A program made the position numbers and the translations under genes. DNA of 64,000 nt from an uncultured Alphaproteobacteria bacterium (GTDB lineage Bacteria; Pseudomonadota; Alphaproteobacteria; Rhizobiales; Xanthobacteraceae), in contig CAVTCD010000003.1 of the NCBI GenBank assembly GCA_963733165.1, positions 147,516-211,515 on the forward strand, given 5' to 3'. Below the pieces are notes generated by a model. It did not search any database and had not been told where the DNA came from. It saw only the letters and a list, made by a program, of their open reading frames with translations. This document shows positions 39,125 to 47,802 of the stretch, piece by piece (position 1 is the first letter of the stretch; the number at the start of each line of letters is the position of its first letter).

Positions 39125-40024
39125 CTAATTTTGCCGGCCCTGCGCGAAGAACTCCCGCAATTCCCGATATGTCTCCTGCGGCGCCTCTTCGGAAAGGTAG
39201 TGGCCGCACGGCAGCGCCTTGGCGCCGCGAATATCGGCGGCGTAGCGCTGCCAGATTTCGCCCGGACCCGGATTGGTGTTGCGTCCAACGCCGCCGGTCG
39301 CGCCCCACAACAGCAGCACCGGACAGGCGATTTTCCGACCCGCCGCGAAATCCTTGGTATCCATGTCGAAGTCGACGGTGGCGCAGGCGCGGTAATCCTC
39401 GCACATGGCATGCACTGTCGCCGGATTGCGTATGTAGCGCTTATATTCGGCAAGTGCGCGCGGATCGAAGAAGCTCAGGCCCTGCTTGGTTTTGGCAAGT
39501 TTCTTCTCGATGAAATAATCCGGGTCGGCGCTCATCAGATGCTCGGGGAAATCGTAGGGCTGGATCATGAAGAACCAGTGCCAGGAGAATGTCGCCCAGG
39601 CCTTGCTGGGATTGTTGAACAGATGATGCTGCGGAATGATGTCGAGGATGGCGGCGCGAGTCACCGCCTGCGGATGATCGAGGCACATGCGGTGCAGCAC
39701 GCGCCCGCCGCGATCGTGGCCGGCGGCATAGAAGCTCTGGTGGCCGAGCGCCGCCATGACCTCGATCTGGTCCTGCGCCATGGCGCGGAACGAATAGCCC
39801 GAATGGTCGTCGCCGCCGGGCGGTTTTTCGGAATCGCCGTAGCCGCGCAAATCGGTGGCGACCACGGTGAATTCTTCGGCGAGCTGAGGCGCGAATTTAT
39901 GCCATGACAGATGGCTGAACGGATTGCCGTGCAACAGCAGCAGCGGCGGGCCTTTGCCGCCATAGACGGTCACGATGCGCGCGCCCGACGTTTTTATCTC
40001 CGCCCGCGTAAAACCTTCGAACAT
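39125..40024 (-). CDS. alpha/beta hydrolase (haloacetate/fluoroacetate dehalogenase-like)
   Basis: ORF 39125..40048 taken from the internal MFEGF, with RBS GGGAGGA. Contains LLLLHGNP, nucleophile elbow GHDRGG and WHWFF. The first 8 ORF codons overlap a REP unit. Confidence 0.8.
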   Translation of the reverse strand: MFEGFTRAEIKTSGARIVTVYGGKGPPLLLLHGNPFSHLSWHKFAPQLAEEFTVVATDLRGYGDSEKPPGGDDHSGYSFRAMAQDQIEVMAALGHQSFYAAGHDRGGRVLHRMCLDHPQAVTRAAILDIIPQHHLFNNPSKAWATFSWHWFFMIQPYDFPEHLMSADPDYFIEKKLAKTKQGLSFFDPRALAEYKRYIRNPATVHAMCEDYRACATVDFDMDTKDFAAGRKIACPVLLLWGATGGVGRNTNPGPGEIWQRYAADIRGAKALPCGHYLSEEAPQETYRELREFFAQGRQN

Positions 40025-40040
40025 GTGTCCTCCCGGTTCT

Positions 40041-40071
40041 GTCATCATCCGCGAAGGCGGATGATCCAGTA
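40041..40071. repeat. REP-type palindromic unit
   Basis: GTCATCATCCGCGAAGGCGGATGATCCAGTA. Confidence 0.75.
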
Positions 40072-40120
40072 GGCTCAGCAGACTGGCTACATCAATGCAG
40101 GAATGGCATCAATTGTGATT

Positions 40121-40149
40121 ACAGGATGCCCGCTTTCGCGGGCATGACA
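40121..40149. repeat. REP-type palindromic unit, inverted relative to 40041..40071
   Basis: TACAGGATGCCCGCTTTCGCGGGCATGAC. It translates as the spurious MPAFAGMT ORF 40126..40368. Confidence 0.75.
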
Positions 40150-40181
40150 GCGAAAGGCCGAAAACACACGAGGGAAGTGAA

Positions 40182-40766
40182 ATGCCGTCAGACATCGATC
40201 CGGATTCCGGATTTCGCCTGCCGCTGCCGAAGCGCGAGGATTTGGACGAGGTTGGCAAGCGCGCTTACGATCGCGCCAATACGCCGGGGAAAACCATTGT
40301 CGGTTTGCGCGGACCGGGAGGAATTCACCTCTACAGCACCAAGACCGTCGAAGCGCACAATACCATGAATCACTATCTGCGCTTTGGCGCAGGGTTCGAT
40401 CCGAAAGTCCGCGAGGTCGCGATCCTCGCCGTCGCGCGCGAAATGGACAGCCGGTTCGAATGGGCCGCGCACGAACCGGAAGCGCTGAAAGTCGGCGTGG
40501 CGCAGTCCGTGATCGACGTCATCAAGCATCGCAAAAGTACCGACGGTTTGAGTGAAATGGACGCGGCCGTCATCGAATTCGGCCGCCAGGCCTTGCGCGA
40601 TCACAAGGTCACCTCGGCGGCTTTTGCCCGGATGCGCAAGCTGTTCGAACCGGCGCAATTGGTCGACCTCGTGTTGCTGATGGGCAATTACGCCGGCACC
40701 GCGATTTTGCTTGCCGCCTTCGACATGCAGGTCGCCGAAGGCCGGCCGCTGTTGCCGGTGCCGTAA
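40182..40766 (+). CDS. carboxymuconolactone decarboxylase (AhpD-like) family protein
   Basis: ORF track, 194 aa. Contains REVAILAVAREMDSRFEWAAHEP. Confidence 0.75.
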   Translation: MPSDIDPDSGFRLPLPKREDLDEVGKRAYDRANTPGKTIVGLRGPGGIHLYSTKTVEAHNTMNHYLRFGAGFDPKVREVAILAVAREMDSRFEWAAHEPEALKVGVAQSVIDVIKHRKSTDGLSEMDAAVIEFGRQALRDHKVTSAAFARMRKLFEPAQLVDLVLLMGNYAGTAILLAAFDMQVAEGRPLLPVP

Positions 40767-40800
40767 GGTTCACCCTCTCCCGTTCCGGGAGAGGGAAAGT

Positions 40801-42339
40801 TCAGCCCTTCTTCTTATCGAGCCCGAACTCGCTCCAGCGCGCCTTGGCGGCGGCGATGTCGTCGGGCGCCGGCCACACCGTCGGCGGGAAGCGCGCGCCG
40901 CCAAGATCGGGGTCGGGGTCGTAATCGAGATTGATGGTGGCGTCGATCAGGACGCGGTTCCATTTGCCGGTGCCGAATTGCGCGACATTGCGGTCGCGCC
41001 GCCGCGTCGACGGATCGAGTCCGGCGCCGAAGGTCGACGGCATGATTACGATGTCGTCCTCGCCGGCATTGACGCGATAGGCGACTGCCCAATCGACCGC
41101 GGCGTAATCGTGGATGTCGATATCGTCGTCGACCACGGTGACGTGCTTGTAGCGCACATGCGCGGCCGATGAGCCCCACAGCGCATTGGCGACCTGCTTG
41201 GCCTGGTTGCGATAGCTCTGCTTGATCTGCACGAAAATGTTGGTGCCGGCCTGTACCGGCGGACACCACACGTCGGTGACGCCGGGCACGCCGGCGCGGT
41301 CGAGCACGTTCCACGCCGTCGCCGCGCGCATGATCGACGAGCAGACGCCGTTCTCCGAATAGCTGCCGGGCATCGAGCCTTCGATGGTGCCGCGCAGGAT
41401 CGGATCGGTGCGGTGGGTGATGCAGGTGACGCGGATCGCCGGCTTGGGCGAGCGGTCGCCGGCGACATAGCCGGTGAACTCGGCGAACGGCCCTTCCATC
41501 ACGTAGGTCTCCGGATCGATGCCGAGATAGCCTTCGATGACGATTTCGGCAGTCGCCGGCACATGCAGATCGACGGTCTCGCATTTGACCAGCTCGACCG
41601 GCGCGCCGCGGATGGCGCCAATGACATCGTATTCGCACAGGTCCTTCGGCACCGGCGAACCGCCGACAAAGTCCATCGACGGCTCCCAGCCGATGGCGAC
41701 CGCGATCGGCATTTCCTTGTGCCCGGCCTGCTGCCAGGCGGTGACGTGATGGCCGATATGCTGCGCCCGCCACATTAGGATCGGGATGAGATTCTTGCCC
41801 GCCACCATGCCGCGATAGACGCCGACATTCATGATGCCGGAATGGGGATCCTTACTGACGACGCCGCCATAAGTGAGAATGTAACGGCCGCCGTCGATGC
41901 GATTCCATTGCGGCACCGGGAATTCGTTGAGATCGACGTCGCCGCCCTTGACCACGTTCTCCTTGACCGGGCCGGTCTTGACGATTTTCGGCGCGATGCC
42001 TTCGGTCAGGATGGTGCGGCCGAGCTTGACCAAGCCGCGCGGGTGCGTTTCGGGCGGCAGGCCCATCAGCATGGCGAGCCGCCGATAGCTGGCGAGCGTC
42101 CCGGTCATGACCTGGCGGCAGCGGCTGTTGGCGCCGTAGTCGCGGATATTGTTGAACAGGAGCGCCGGTCCGTCGGCCTGACCCTGCGCCAGCCGCGCCA
42201 CGGTGCCGAGCTCGATATTCCAGTCGACCTCGGCGTCGATGCGCTTAAGCTCGCCGGCGGCGTCGAGCGCCTTTATCCAGCCGCGCATGTCGCCGTAAGC
42301 AACCGGCTTTCGTTCGCTGATCTTTTGCTCGCCGATCAT
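40801..42339 (-). CDS. UbiD family decarboxylase
   Basis: ORF 40801..42444 taken from the internal MIGEQKISE, with RBS AGGAAC; 512 aa. UbiD-like blocks: DMRGWIKALDAAGELKRI, GPALLFNNI, GGSPVP and EGPFAEFTGY. Confidence 0.85.
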   Translation of the reverse strand: MIGEQKISERKPVAYGDMRGWIKALDAAGELKRIDAEVDWNIELGTVARLAQGQADGPALLFNNIRDYGANSRCRQVMTGTLASYRRLAMLMGLPPETHPRGLVKLGRTILTEGIAPKIVKTGPVKENVVKGGDVDLNEFPVPQWNRIDGGRYILTYGGVVSKDPHSGIMNVGVYRGMVAGKNLIPILMWRAQHIGHHVTAWQQAGHKEMPIAVAIGWEPSMDFVGGSPVPKDLCEYDVIGAIRGAPVELVKCETVDLHVPATAEIVIEGYLGIDPETYVMEGPFAEFTGYVAGDRSPKPAIRVTCITHRTDPILRGTIEGSMPGSYSENGVCSSIMRAATAWNVLDRAGVPGVTDVWCPPVQAGTNIFVQIKQSYRNQAKQVANALWGSSAAHVRYKHVTVVDDDIDIHDYAAVDWAVAYRVNAGEDDIVIMPSTFGAGLDPSTRRRDRNVAQFGTGKWNRVLIDATINLDYDPDPDLGGARFPPTVWPAPDDIAAAKARWSEFGLDKKKG

Positions 42340-42492
42340 GGGTTGTTCCTGGCGGTATCGGGCGTGCCCTGTCAATTCCGCCCTCTCCTCTTTGCCTGAC
42401 CGATCGCGCGCAACGCAATTCGTTCTCGCGATGCGCGATTGCATCCGAGCTATGCCAAGCCGTTGCAGAAGCCCCCCTTAAAAAGGGGGAAT

Positions 42493-42638
42493 GGAGCGCC
42501 GGGAGGCGCCAAAAGGTCGTGGCCACGCCACGCGAACGGATGTTACCACCCGCCCGCGCTTCGGGCGCGGCGCGCGCCACAGAACGATCCGCTTGCGCGA
42601 ACCGTCTGCTTCGGGCGCGCGGCGCCTCCCGGCGCTCC
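42493..42638. repeat. long-stem inverted repeat element upstream of the UbiD gene
   Basis: A perfect 18-nt inverted repeat, GGAGCGCCGGGAGGCGCC (42493..42510) and GGCGCCTCCCGGCGCTCC (42621..42638). The 110-nt interior contains GCTTCGGGCGCG twice (42558, 42608). Confidence 0.6.
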
Positions 42639-42806
42639 ACCGCAGTTCTCGCGAGACGGCCGGCCGCCCCGAACAGAACCGCTTTCGCTCCGCATCCGGG
42701 AGTACCCTCGGCCGAAGGCATCCGTCGATGAGCGAGATTCGCTCCTGTAACTTAAACGGTGACTAGTGTCAACAGAAATGTGACGGCTTTCTAGCTCGTC
42801 ATTGCC

Positions 42807-43586
42807 CTACGCGCTTGCCCTTTTTACGCTGTCCTGAACCGCCGTCTCCGGGGGTTTGAGGAAGGCGTCAAACCGCTCCTTGACGATCGCGTAGCACTCG
42901 CACGACGCCCGCTCGAGGCCGGCGCGATCGAGAACCTGGATCGTGCCGCGGCTGTAGCTGATGAGGCCGGCCGCCTGCACCGACTGCGCCGCCAGTGTCA
43001 CCGACTTGCGATTGGCGCCCAGGATATTCGCCAGAAAATCGTGGGTGTAGGTCAACAATTCACCCTCCGCCCGGTCATGCATCATCAGCAGCCAGCGGCA
43101 CATTCTTTCTTCCGTCGTATGCACGGTATTGCAGGCGACGGTTTGCTGGACCTGCGACAGCAGCGTTTCCGAATAGCTGACAAACAGATTGCGGACGTGT
43201 TCGCTGGTCTTGAATTCGGATTGCAGCAATCCGATCGGGCAGCGAACCATGCGGCCCTCCAGTTGCACGATGCAGCGATTAAACGAGACCCGGCTGTACA
43301 TGGCGGCGAACAGGCCGAAGGCGCCTTCGCGGCCGATATTGGCGGTTTCGATGGCCGAGCCGTTTTCCAAAACGGTCAACAGCGAGAGCACCGCCCCTTG
43401 CGGAAAATAGGCGTGCTTGAGGAGGCCGCCGGCCTCGCAAACGACGGCGCCGAGCTTGAGCGTGACCGGCTCGAGATGGGAATCGATGCGCTTGCGGCTG
43501 TCGGGCCCCAGCGCGGCGAGCAACTGATTGCTCAGCGCATTGCCTCGCGCTTTGATCGCGGTATTGGCGTTGACACGGGCATCCAT
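42807..43586 (-). CDS. Crp/Fnr family transcriptional regulator
   Basis: ORF 42807..43658 taken from the internal MDARVNANT. A cNMP-binding-like beta barrel plus the C-terminal HTH FLANILGANRKSVTLAAQSVQAAGLISYSRG. Confidence 0.8.
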   Translation of the reverse strand: MDARVNANTAIKARGNALSNQLLAALGPDSRKRIDSHLEPVTLKLGAVVCEAGGLLKHAYFPQGAVLSLLTVLENGSAIETANIGREGAFGLFAAMYSRVSFNRCIVQLEGRMVRCPIGLLQSEFKTSEHVRNLFVSYSETLLSQVQQTVACNTVHTTEERMCRWLLMMHDRAEGELLTYTHDFLANILGANRKSVTLAAQSVQAAGLISYSRGTIQVLDRAGLERASCECYAIVKERFDAFLKPPETAVQDSVKRASA

Positions 43587-43682
43587 TGTCCCAGTCCAGC
43601 GCCTTTCCCGGCGGCGAGTTTGAGCAAAACCGCACGCTTTGATACGCTTGGGGAACACCTGGCCGACGAAGCCGATTTCGGG

Positions 43683-44054
43683 CTACGGGCCGATCAGCGC
43701 GCGGATTTCGGCAATCATTGTCGGCGCATGATAGGGCTTGAGAAAAAAACGACTGCCTGCCGTCAAATCGCTCCCTATCAGCCGAACCTGGCTGGACGCA
43801 ATGATGGTCTTGATGGCCGGCCAGCGCTTGCACACCGTACGCGCGAGACCCAGCCCATCCATGCTGCCCGGCATCGTGACGCTTGTAAGCATCAAGGCAA
43901 TATCCGACCGCGATTCCAAAATGGCTATGGCTTCGCCAGCATCGCCGGCTTGCAGCGCCACGAAACCGGCGTCCGCCATGATATCGGCGGTGAGCGACTG
44001 CAAAAGCGCATCATGTTCGACGACCAAGACAACGTGCGGTGATCTGCCGGTCAT
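43683..44054 (-). CDS. single-domain receiver protein lacking the phospho-acceptor Asp (pseudo-receiver)
   Basis: ORF track, 123 aa. Receiver fold with conserved IIASS and FLKPY. The acceptor position reads LMLTSVTMPG (Ser) where PhoB in this same window reads LVVLDWMLPG. The acidic pair is EH(D) instead of DD/ED. Confidence 0.75.
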   Translation of the reverse strand: MTGRSPHVVLVVEHDALLQSLTADIMADAGFVALQAGDAGEAIAILESRSDIALMLTSVTMPGSMDGLGLARTVCKRWPAIKTIIASSQVRLIGSDLTAGSRFFLKPYHAPTMIAEIRALIGP

Positions 44055-44257
44055 GGTGTCGGCATCCCGGCGTTAGACATTTCCGGGCCGGCATTCGCGC
44101 TCGGCCCGGAAACCGCCGAGGCGCCCCAGAACTGTGCCATGTTGACGAAATGCGACTGCAGATTTCGGCTGGGAGCGACTTTCGACAGCTGCATGCAATC
44201 GGCCTGCAGGCGCAGGCATTCCAGAGCATGCTTTCGCAGTTGTTTCGCATCGGACAT
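44051..44257 (-). CDS. small hypothetical protein (68 aa) translationally coupled to the receiver gene
   Basis: ORF track. RBS GAGGT 6 nt upstream, and its TGA overlaps the receiver ATG (ATGA). Helical N-terminal half: MSDAKQLRKHALECLRLQADCMQLSK...HFVNMAQFW. Confidence 0.6.
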   Translation of the reverse strand: MSDAKQLRKHALECLRLQADCMQLSKVAPSRNLQSHFVNMAQFWGASAVSGPSANAGPEMSNAGMPTP

Positions 44258-44429
44258 GGCGGACCTCGTGAAATCTCGCCATCACCATTGCAGCCGCCGC
44301 TTGTTGTGTCGGTGGTCTACGCCACGCAGGACAAGGAGAATATTCGGCGGAACGAGGCGGCCGGAACTCCGAGCGCGGGTGTCGCGTTGTTCCAGCCAAT
44401 AACGGCTGCTTGGATTCGGGAGCGCTCCC

Positions 44430-44753
44430 ATGAACACTCAATCACACAACAGCCCGCCTCGCCGATCGGCGTTGGCGATGGCTCTCATGGCTGCATCCTT
44501 GTTTGCGCTCTTGGCCCTGGCGGGAACCTGCGTGGCTTTGGCGGGCGCCCAGGCGCAGAGCGCCAATTCCTCTTCTCACGCAGCGGGCGCAAGTCCCGAG
44601 GCCGCGGCGCCGCCGCCAGTGATTGAAAGTGCGCCCACAACGCCGCCGGCGACATTCAACGCGCCGGCCGCGTCAACGACGATGCCGCAATCGCCTGAGG
44701 CACCCGTTTCCTCGACGCTGCCCAGTTCGGGACCTGGCGCGGCCCACCTGTAA
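44430..44753 (+). CDS. secreted low-complexity Ala/Pro/Ser-rich protein
   Basis: ORF track, 107 aa. RBS GGGAG, and a signal/TM region ALAMALMAASLFALLALAGTCVALAGAQA. Confidence 0.5.
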   Translation: MNTQSHNSPPRRSALAMALMAASLFALLALAGTCVALAGAQAQSANSSSHAAGASPEAAAPPPVIESAPTTPPATFNAPAASTTMPQSPEAPVSSTLPSSGPGAAHL

Positions 44754-44916
44754 GCCGGGGATTTAATTAAAATCTCTTTCGCCCGACCCGGAGCGAAGCC
44801 TGCCGGTGGCGCGCCACAACCGGATGCGCGGCATTGTTTGTCCCTGTTTCCACCGCCGCAGGTATGTCATCTTCCCGCACCGTGCCTGATGTATTTATGG
44901 ACCAGGAGAACGCCTG

Positions 44917-45120
44917 ATGAGCAACGGCAGTACGCTTTCGCTCCCCGAACTGGAAGATCGCATCGCCATTACGCGTGACAATATCCGCCAGCTGATTGAA
45001 CAGGCCGCCGCGAACTCCGGCGCCGCGGATGAAGATCGCAACGCCGACCGCATCGCGCAACAGAACGAAGAGCTTGCAAAGTTGATCAAGCAAAGAGATG
45101 CGCTGCTGAAGAAGAAGTAG
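44917..45120 (+). CDS. small coiled-coil hypothetical protein (67 aa)
   Basis: ORF track. Strong RBS AGGAGA 7 nt upstream, and charged helical sequence ending KLIKQRDALLKKK. Confidence 0.6.
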   Translation: MSNGSTLSLPELEDRIAITRDNIRQLIEQAAANSGAADEDRNADRIAQQNEELAKLIKQRDALLKKK

Positions 45121-45138
45121 CGGCGCGGGACCGGTTCG

Positions 45139-46191
45139 TCACTCCAGGCGTGCGACCACGGCGAGCCGCTTGATCTCGTGATTGAGATACGCCTGCAGGA
45201 ACGCCTCATAGTCCTTAAACGACACGCAGCCGTTCGAATCGCCGTTCGGGCCGAGCATGTAGCTGTGCGCCAGGATGCCGCTGCGGCCAAAGACTTTGTC
45301 GACATCGACGGGGATCATGCGCAGCGCCGCCACGCCGTGAAACGGCGCTTCGCGCGGTTCGAGATCGTAGATATCGGGCGGCGTGACGCCGAGGTCCTTA
45401 ACGCTGGCGGTGCGCGGATCGTCGAGCCTGCTGCCGTAGCCCGAATGCGCTTCGAGCTCCCTGCCATCCGGCAGGTAAACCTTATGCGCGGAGATGTCGT
45501 AAACGGCGGTCCAGCGGTCGTAGCGGCCCGCTGCGGCACTCTGCCCATCGCCCAGAACGGCTTTGTCGTCCGGCGCCGCATAAGCGAGCATCATCGCTGA
45601 AGGTTTTGGCGACGATTTGCCGAACAGTTTTTCAAACAATGTCGGCGGCGCGTCCGGCGCGACGGCGGCGGTGCGCGCGATATGGGAGCCGTCGCGAACG
45701 GCGGCGGTGCGGAGCGGCGCCAAGGAAAGCGGCGGCGGCGGCGGGACGGCGGCGTTCCGCGCGATGCGATCGTCGCCCGGCGGCGGCGACGACGCGACGT
45801 TTTGCGCCGGCGCGGTAGGCGGCGCGGTCGCCGCCTGCTGGACGGCCGATTGCGGCGCGGTCCTGACAAACGTGCCGGGCGCAAAACCCAGCGAATGAGA
45901 ATCAAACAGCAAAGCGTAAGTGGTGGCGTCGGCCGGTGCAGCGGGGGTTGCCACGTCGAGCCGGTCGCCGCGCGTGGCGGCAATGTCGGCCGGATCGGCG
46001 CCGCCGTCGGCGCGATCGATTGCCTTGTCGGCTCCGGCGCCGATCAGGTTGACGCCAAGAATCCAGGCGCAGGCGCAGGCGACGCAAGCGAGAGCGGCGG
46101 CGGCGGCCAGCCGTTGCGGGCGCGCGCTCGATCGCAACTCTCGATGATCGCGGTCCCCCAAAACGGAACACGACGCGTTCCTGAACGTCAT
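45139..46191 (-). CDS. DUF2778 (Tlde1-like L,D-transpeptidase fold) domain protein with N-terminal TM anchor and Pro/Ala-rich linker
   Basis: ORF track, 350 aa. RBS GAGGGGA. TM helix LAAAAALACVACACAWILGV. C-terminal domain ...YLPDGRELEAHSGYG...GVTPPDIYDL...HSYMLGPNGDSNGCVSF. The family name is from memory. Confidence 0.75.
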   Translation of the reverse strand: MTFRNASCSVLGDRDHRELRSSARPQRLAAAAALACVACACAWILGVNLIGAGADKAIDRADGGADPADIAATRGDRLDVATPAAPADATTYALLFDSHSLGFAPGTFVRTAPQSAVQQAATAPPTAPAQNVASSPPPGDDRIARNAAVPPPPPLSLAPLRTAAVRDGSHIARTAAVAPDAPPTLFEKLFGKSSPKPSAMMLAYAAPDDKAVLGDGQSAAAGRYDRWTAVYDISAHKVYLPDGRELEAHSGYGSRLDDPRTASVKDLGVTPPDIYDLEPREAPFHGVAALRMIPVDVDKVFGRSGILAHSYMLGPNGDSNGCVSFKDYEAFLQAYLNHEIKRLAVVARLE

Positions 46192-46469
46192 TCCCCTCGT
46201 ACCCGGCTTGAATATCGCTTCTCCGCGCGGCGTCCGGCGGCCATCCCATTGTCGCGATCACGATGTCGCGGCCGGCCGGTTGCGAAAAAGCGAGAAAGCT
46301 CCCCATCGACGAAAGATCGCGCGAAAGAGCGCGGACCTTCCGCAGTCATTCAAAGCAGTTTGCGTTAAACGCCGGTTAAATGCAGGCCGAAGGCAAAATT
46401 AGAGCGCTCCGGCGGCGGATTTTGGCAAATCCGGGAACACTCTGTGGCGCCGTGGTTCCATTTTTATGG

Positions 46470-46817
46470 TTACCGTATCTTATAGAGCGCGTGGCGGCGG
46501 TTGCGGGTGAAGGGGCGCACCTGTTTGGGCCAGCGTCCGGTTTCGGAAGCCTTCGCCCATTCGCGGCTGGTCAGGACATGCGGACCGTCGATCTCGTAGA
46601 TCGCGCTATGGCGCGGGCCGTCCTGCGCGATGGGCTTTTCTTCGCCGCCGATATTGAGCACGAACGGCTCGCCGGCGAGCCGCGCCACCGCATGCACGCC
46701 GGGCACTTGCAAGAGATTGGGCACGTGCTCGGTGTCGTAGACCTCGTTGAACAACGCCTCCTTGTCGGCGTCGACGTCCATCGAGGCGACGAACAGATAT
46801 TTGGATTCGATCGGCAT
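46470..46817 (-). CDS. EthD/DUF4286-like (dimeric alpha/beta-barrel) protein
   Basis: ORF track, 115 aa. Its ATG shares one base with the TauD stop. Contains FNEVYDTEHVPNLLQVPGV. Confidence 0.6.
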   Translation of the reverse strand: MPIESKYLFVASMDVDADKEALFNEVYDTEHVPNLLQVPGVHAVARLAGEPFVLNIGGEEKPIAQDGPRHSAIYEIDGPHVLTSREWAKASETGRWPKQVRPFTRNRRHALYKIR

Positions 46818-47719
46818 CAGAACGGCTGGTCGCCGTTGATGGTGCAGCGGCGCATGACGCGCTTCAAGCGCGCCTCATCGAAGCCGGTGGCGCGGTGCAA
46901 CGTACAGCGGTTGTCCCACACCATGCACTGGCGCGGCGTCCAGCGATGCGTGTACACGCGTTCCGGCGGCGTAATCGTGGCGTTGAGCTCCTCGATCAGC
47001 GCGCGGCCTTCGTCATAATCCATGCCATCGATCGATTCGGCATGATCGCCGAGGAAAATCGCCTTGCGTCCGGTGTCGGGATGGGTGCGCACGATCGGAT
47101 GCGCGATCGGCGGCACCTTGGCCTTTTGTTCCGCCGTCATCGGATCCTCGCCGTGGCGGCGGCTGCGCGAAAAATCCAGATTGTGGATAGCGCAGCGGCC
47201 CTCGATGCGCGCCTGCATCGCCGCCGGCAACAGATCGTAGGCCGAATACATGTCGGCGAATTCGGTTTCGCCGCCCGCTTCCGGCACGATTTCCGAATAC
47301 ATCATCGTCGCCTGGCCGGTGCGCTCGCGCCAGGAGCCGTCGGTGTGCCAATACAGCGTGCCCTTGTCCGGATGCTTGCCGCTCGGATTGCCATCGCGGT
47401 CGAGGTTGGACAGCATGTAGATTTCCGGCTGGTCCTTGTAGCCGTGATACTGGTTCATCACATGGATCTGCACCTCGCCGAAATTGCGCGCGAAGGCGAC
47501 CTGCGTCGCCGGCGGCAGATCGACGTCGTGGAACACGATGAGCTGGTAGTCGAGAAAAGCTTCATAGATTTTGGCGAACAAAGCCGGCGAAACCGCCTGT
47601 TCCAGCGTGATGCCGGAAATCTCGCAGCCGAGCACCGGATGCAGCGGCCTCACCTGGAACGGCCAGTCGCGGCCCTTACGTTTGGCTGTTTTAAGCTGCG
47701 CTTGCGCCAGTTGCGCCAT
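46817..47719 (-). CDS. TauD/TfdA family Fe(II)/2-oxoglutarate dioxygenase
   Basis: ORF track, 300 aa. RBS GGGAGG, the WHTDGSW (HxD) motif and a distal His in HRWTP. Confidence 0.85.
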   Translation of the reverse strand: MAQLAQAQLKTAKRKGRDWPFQVRPLHPVLGCEISGITLEQAVSPALFAKIYEAFLDYQLIVFHDVDLPPATQVAFARNFGEVQIHVMNQYHGYKDQPEIYMLSNLDRDGNPSGKHPDKGTLYWHTDGSWRERTGQATMMYSEIVPEAGGETEFADMYSAYDLLPAAMQARIEGRCAIHNLDFSRSRRHGEDPMTAEQKAKVPPIAHPIVRTHPDTGRKAIFLGDHAESIDGMDYDEGRALIEELNATITPPERVYTHRWTPRQCMVWDNRCTLHRATGFDEARLKRVMRRCTINGDQPF

Positions 47720-47802
47720 GACGACCTCCCGGCAGGTTCTTGGTCTGCGTTGATGCGATTATGCCAGCGCCGGCGCGCGGTTCATAGCCGGGGGATATTT
47801 CC

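Noticed and set aside
40126-40368. ORFs beginning MPAFAGMT (40126..40368) and containing IPAKAGNPVSVPAFAG (51601..51861 N-terminus).
   Set aside because: These peptide strings are translations of REP palindromes, not genes.
44417-44428. Perfect 12-bp palindrome GGGAGCGCTCCC abutting the ATG at 44430, which could occlude the RBS.
   Set aside because: It is short and also supplies the RBS itself. There is no further evidence of regulation.
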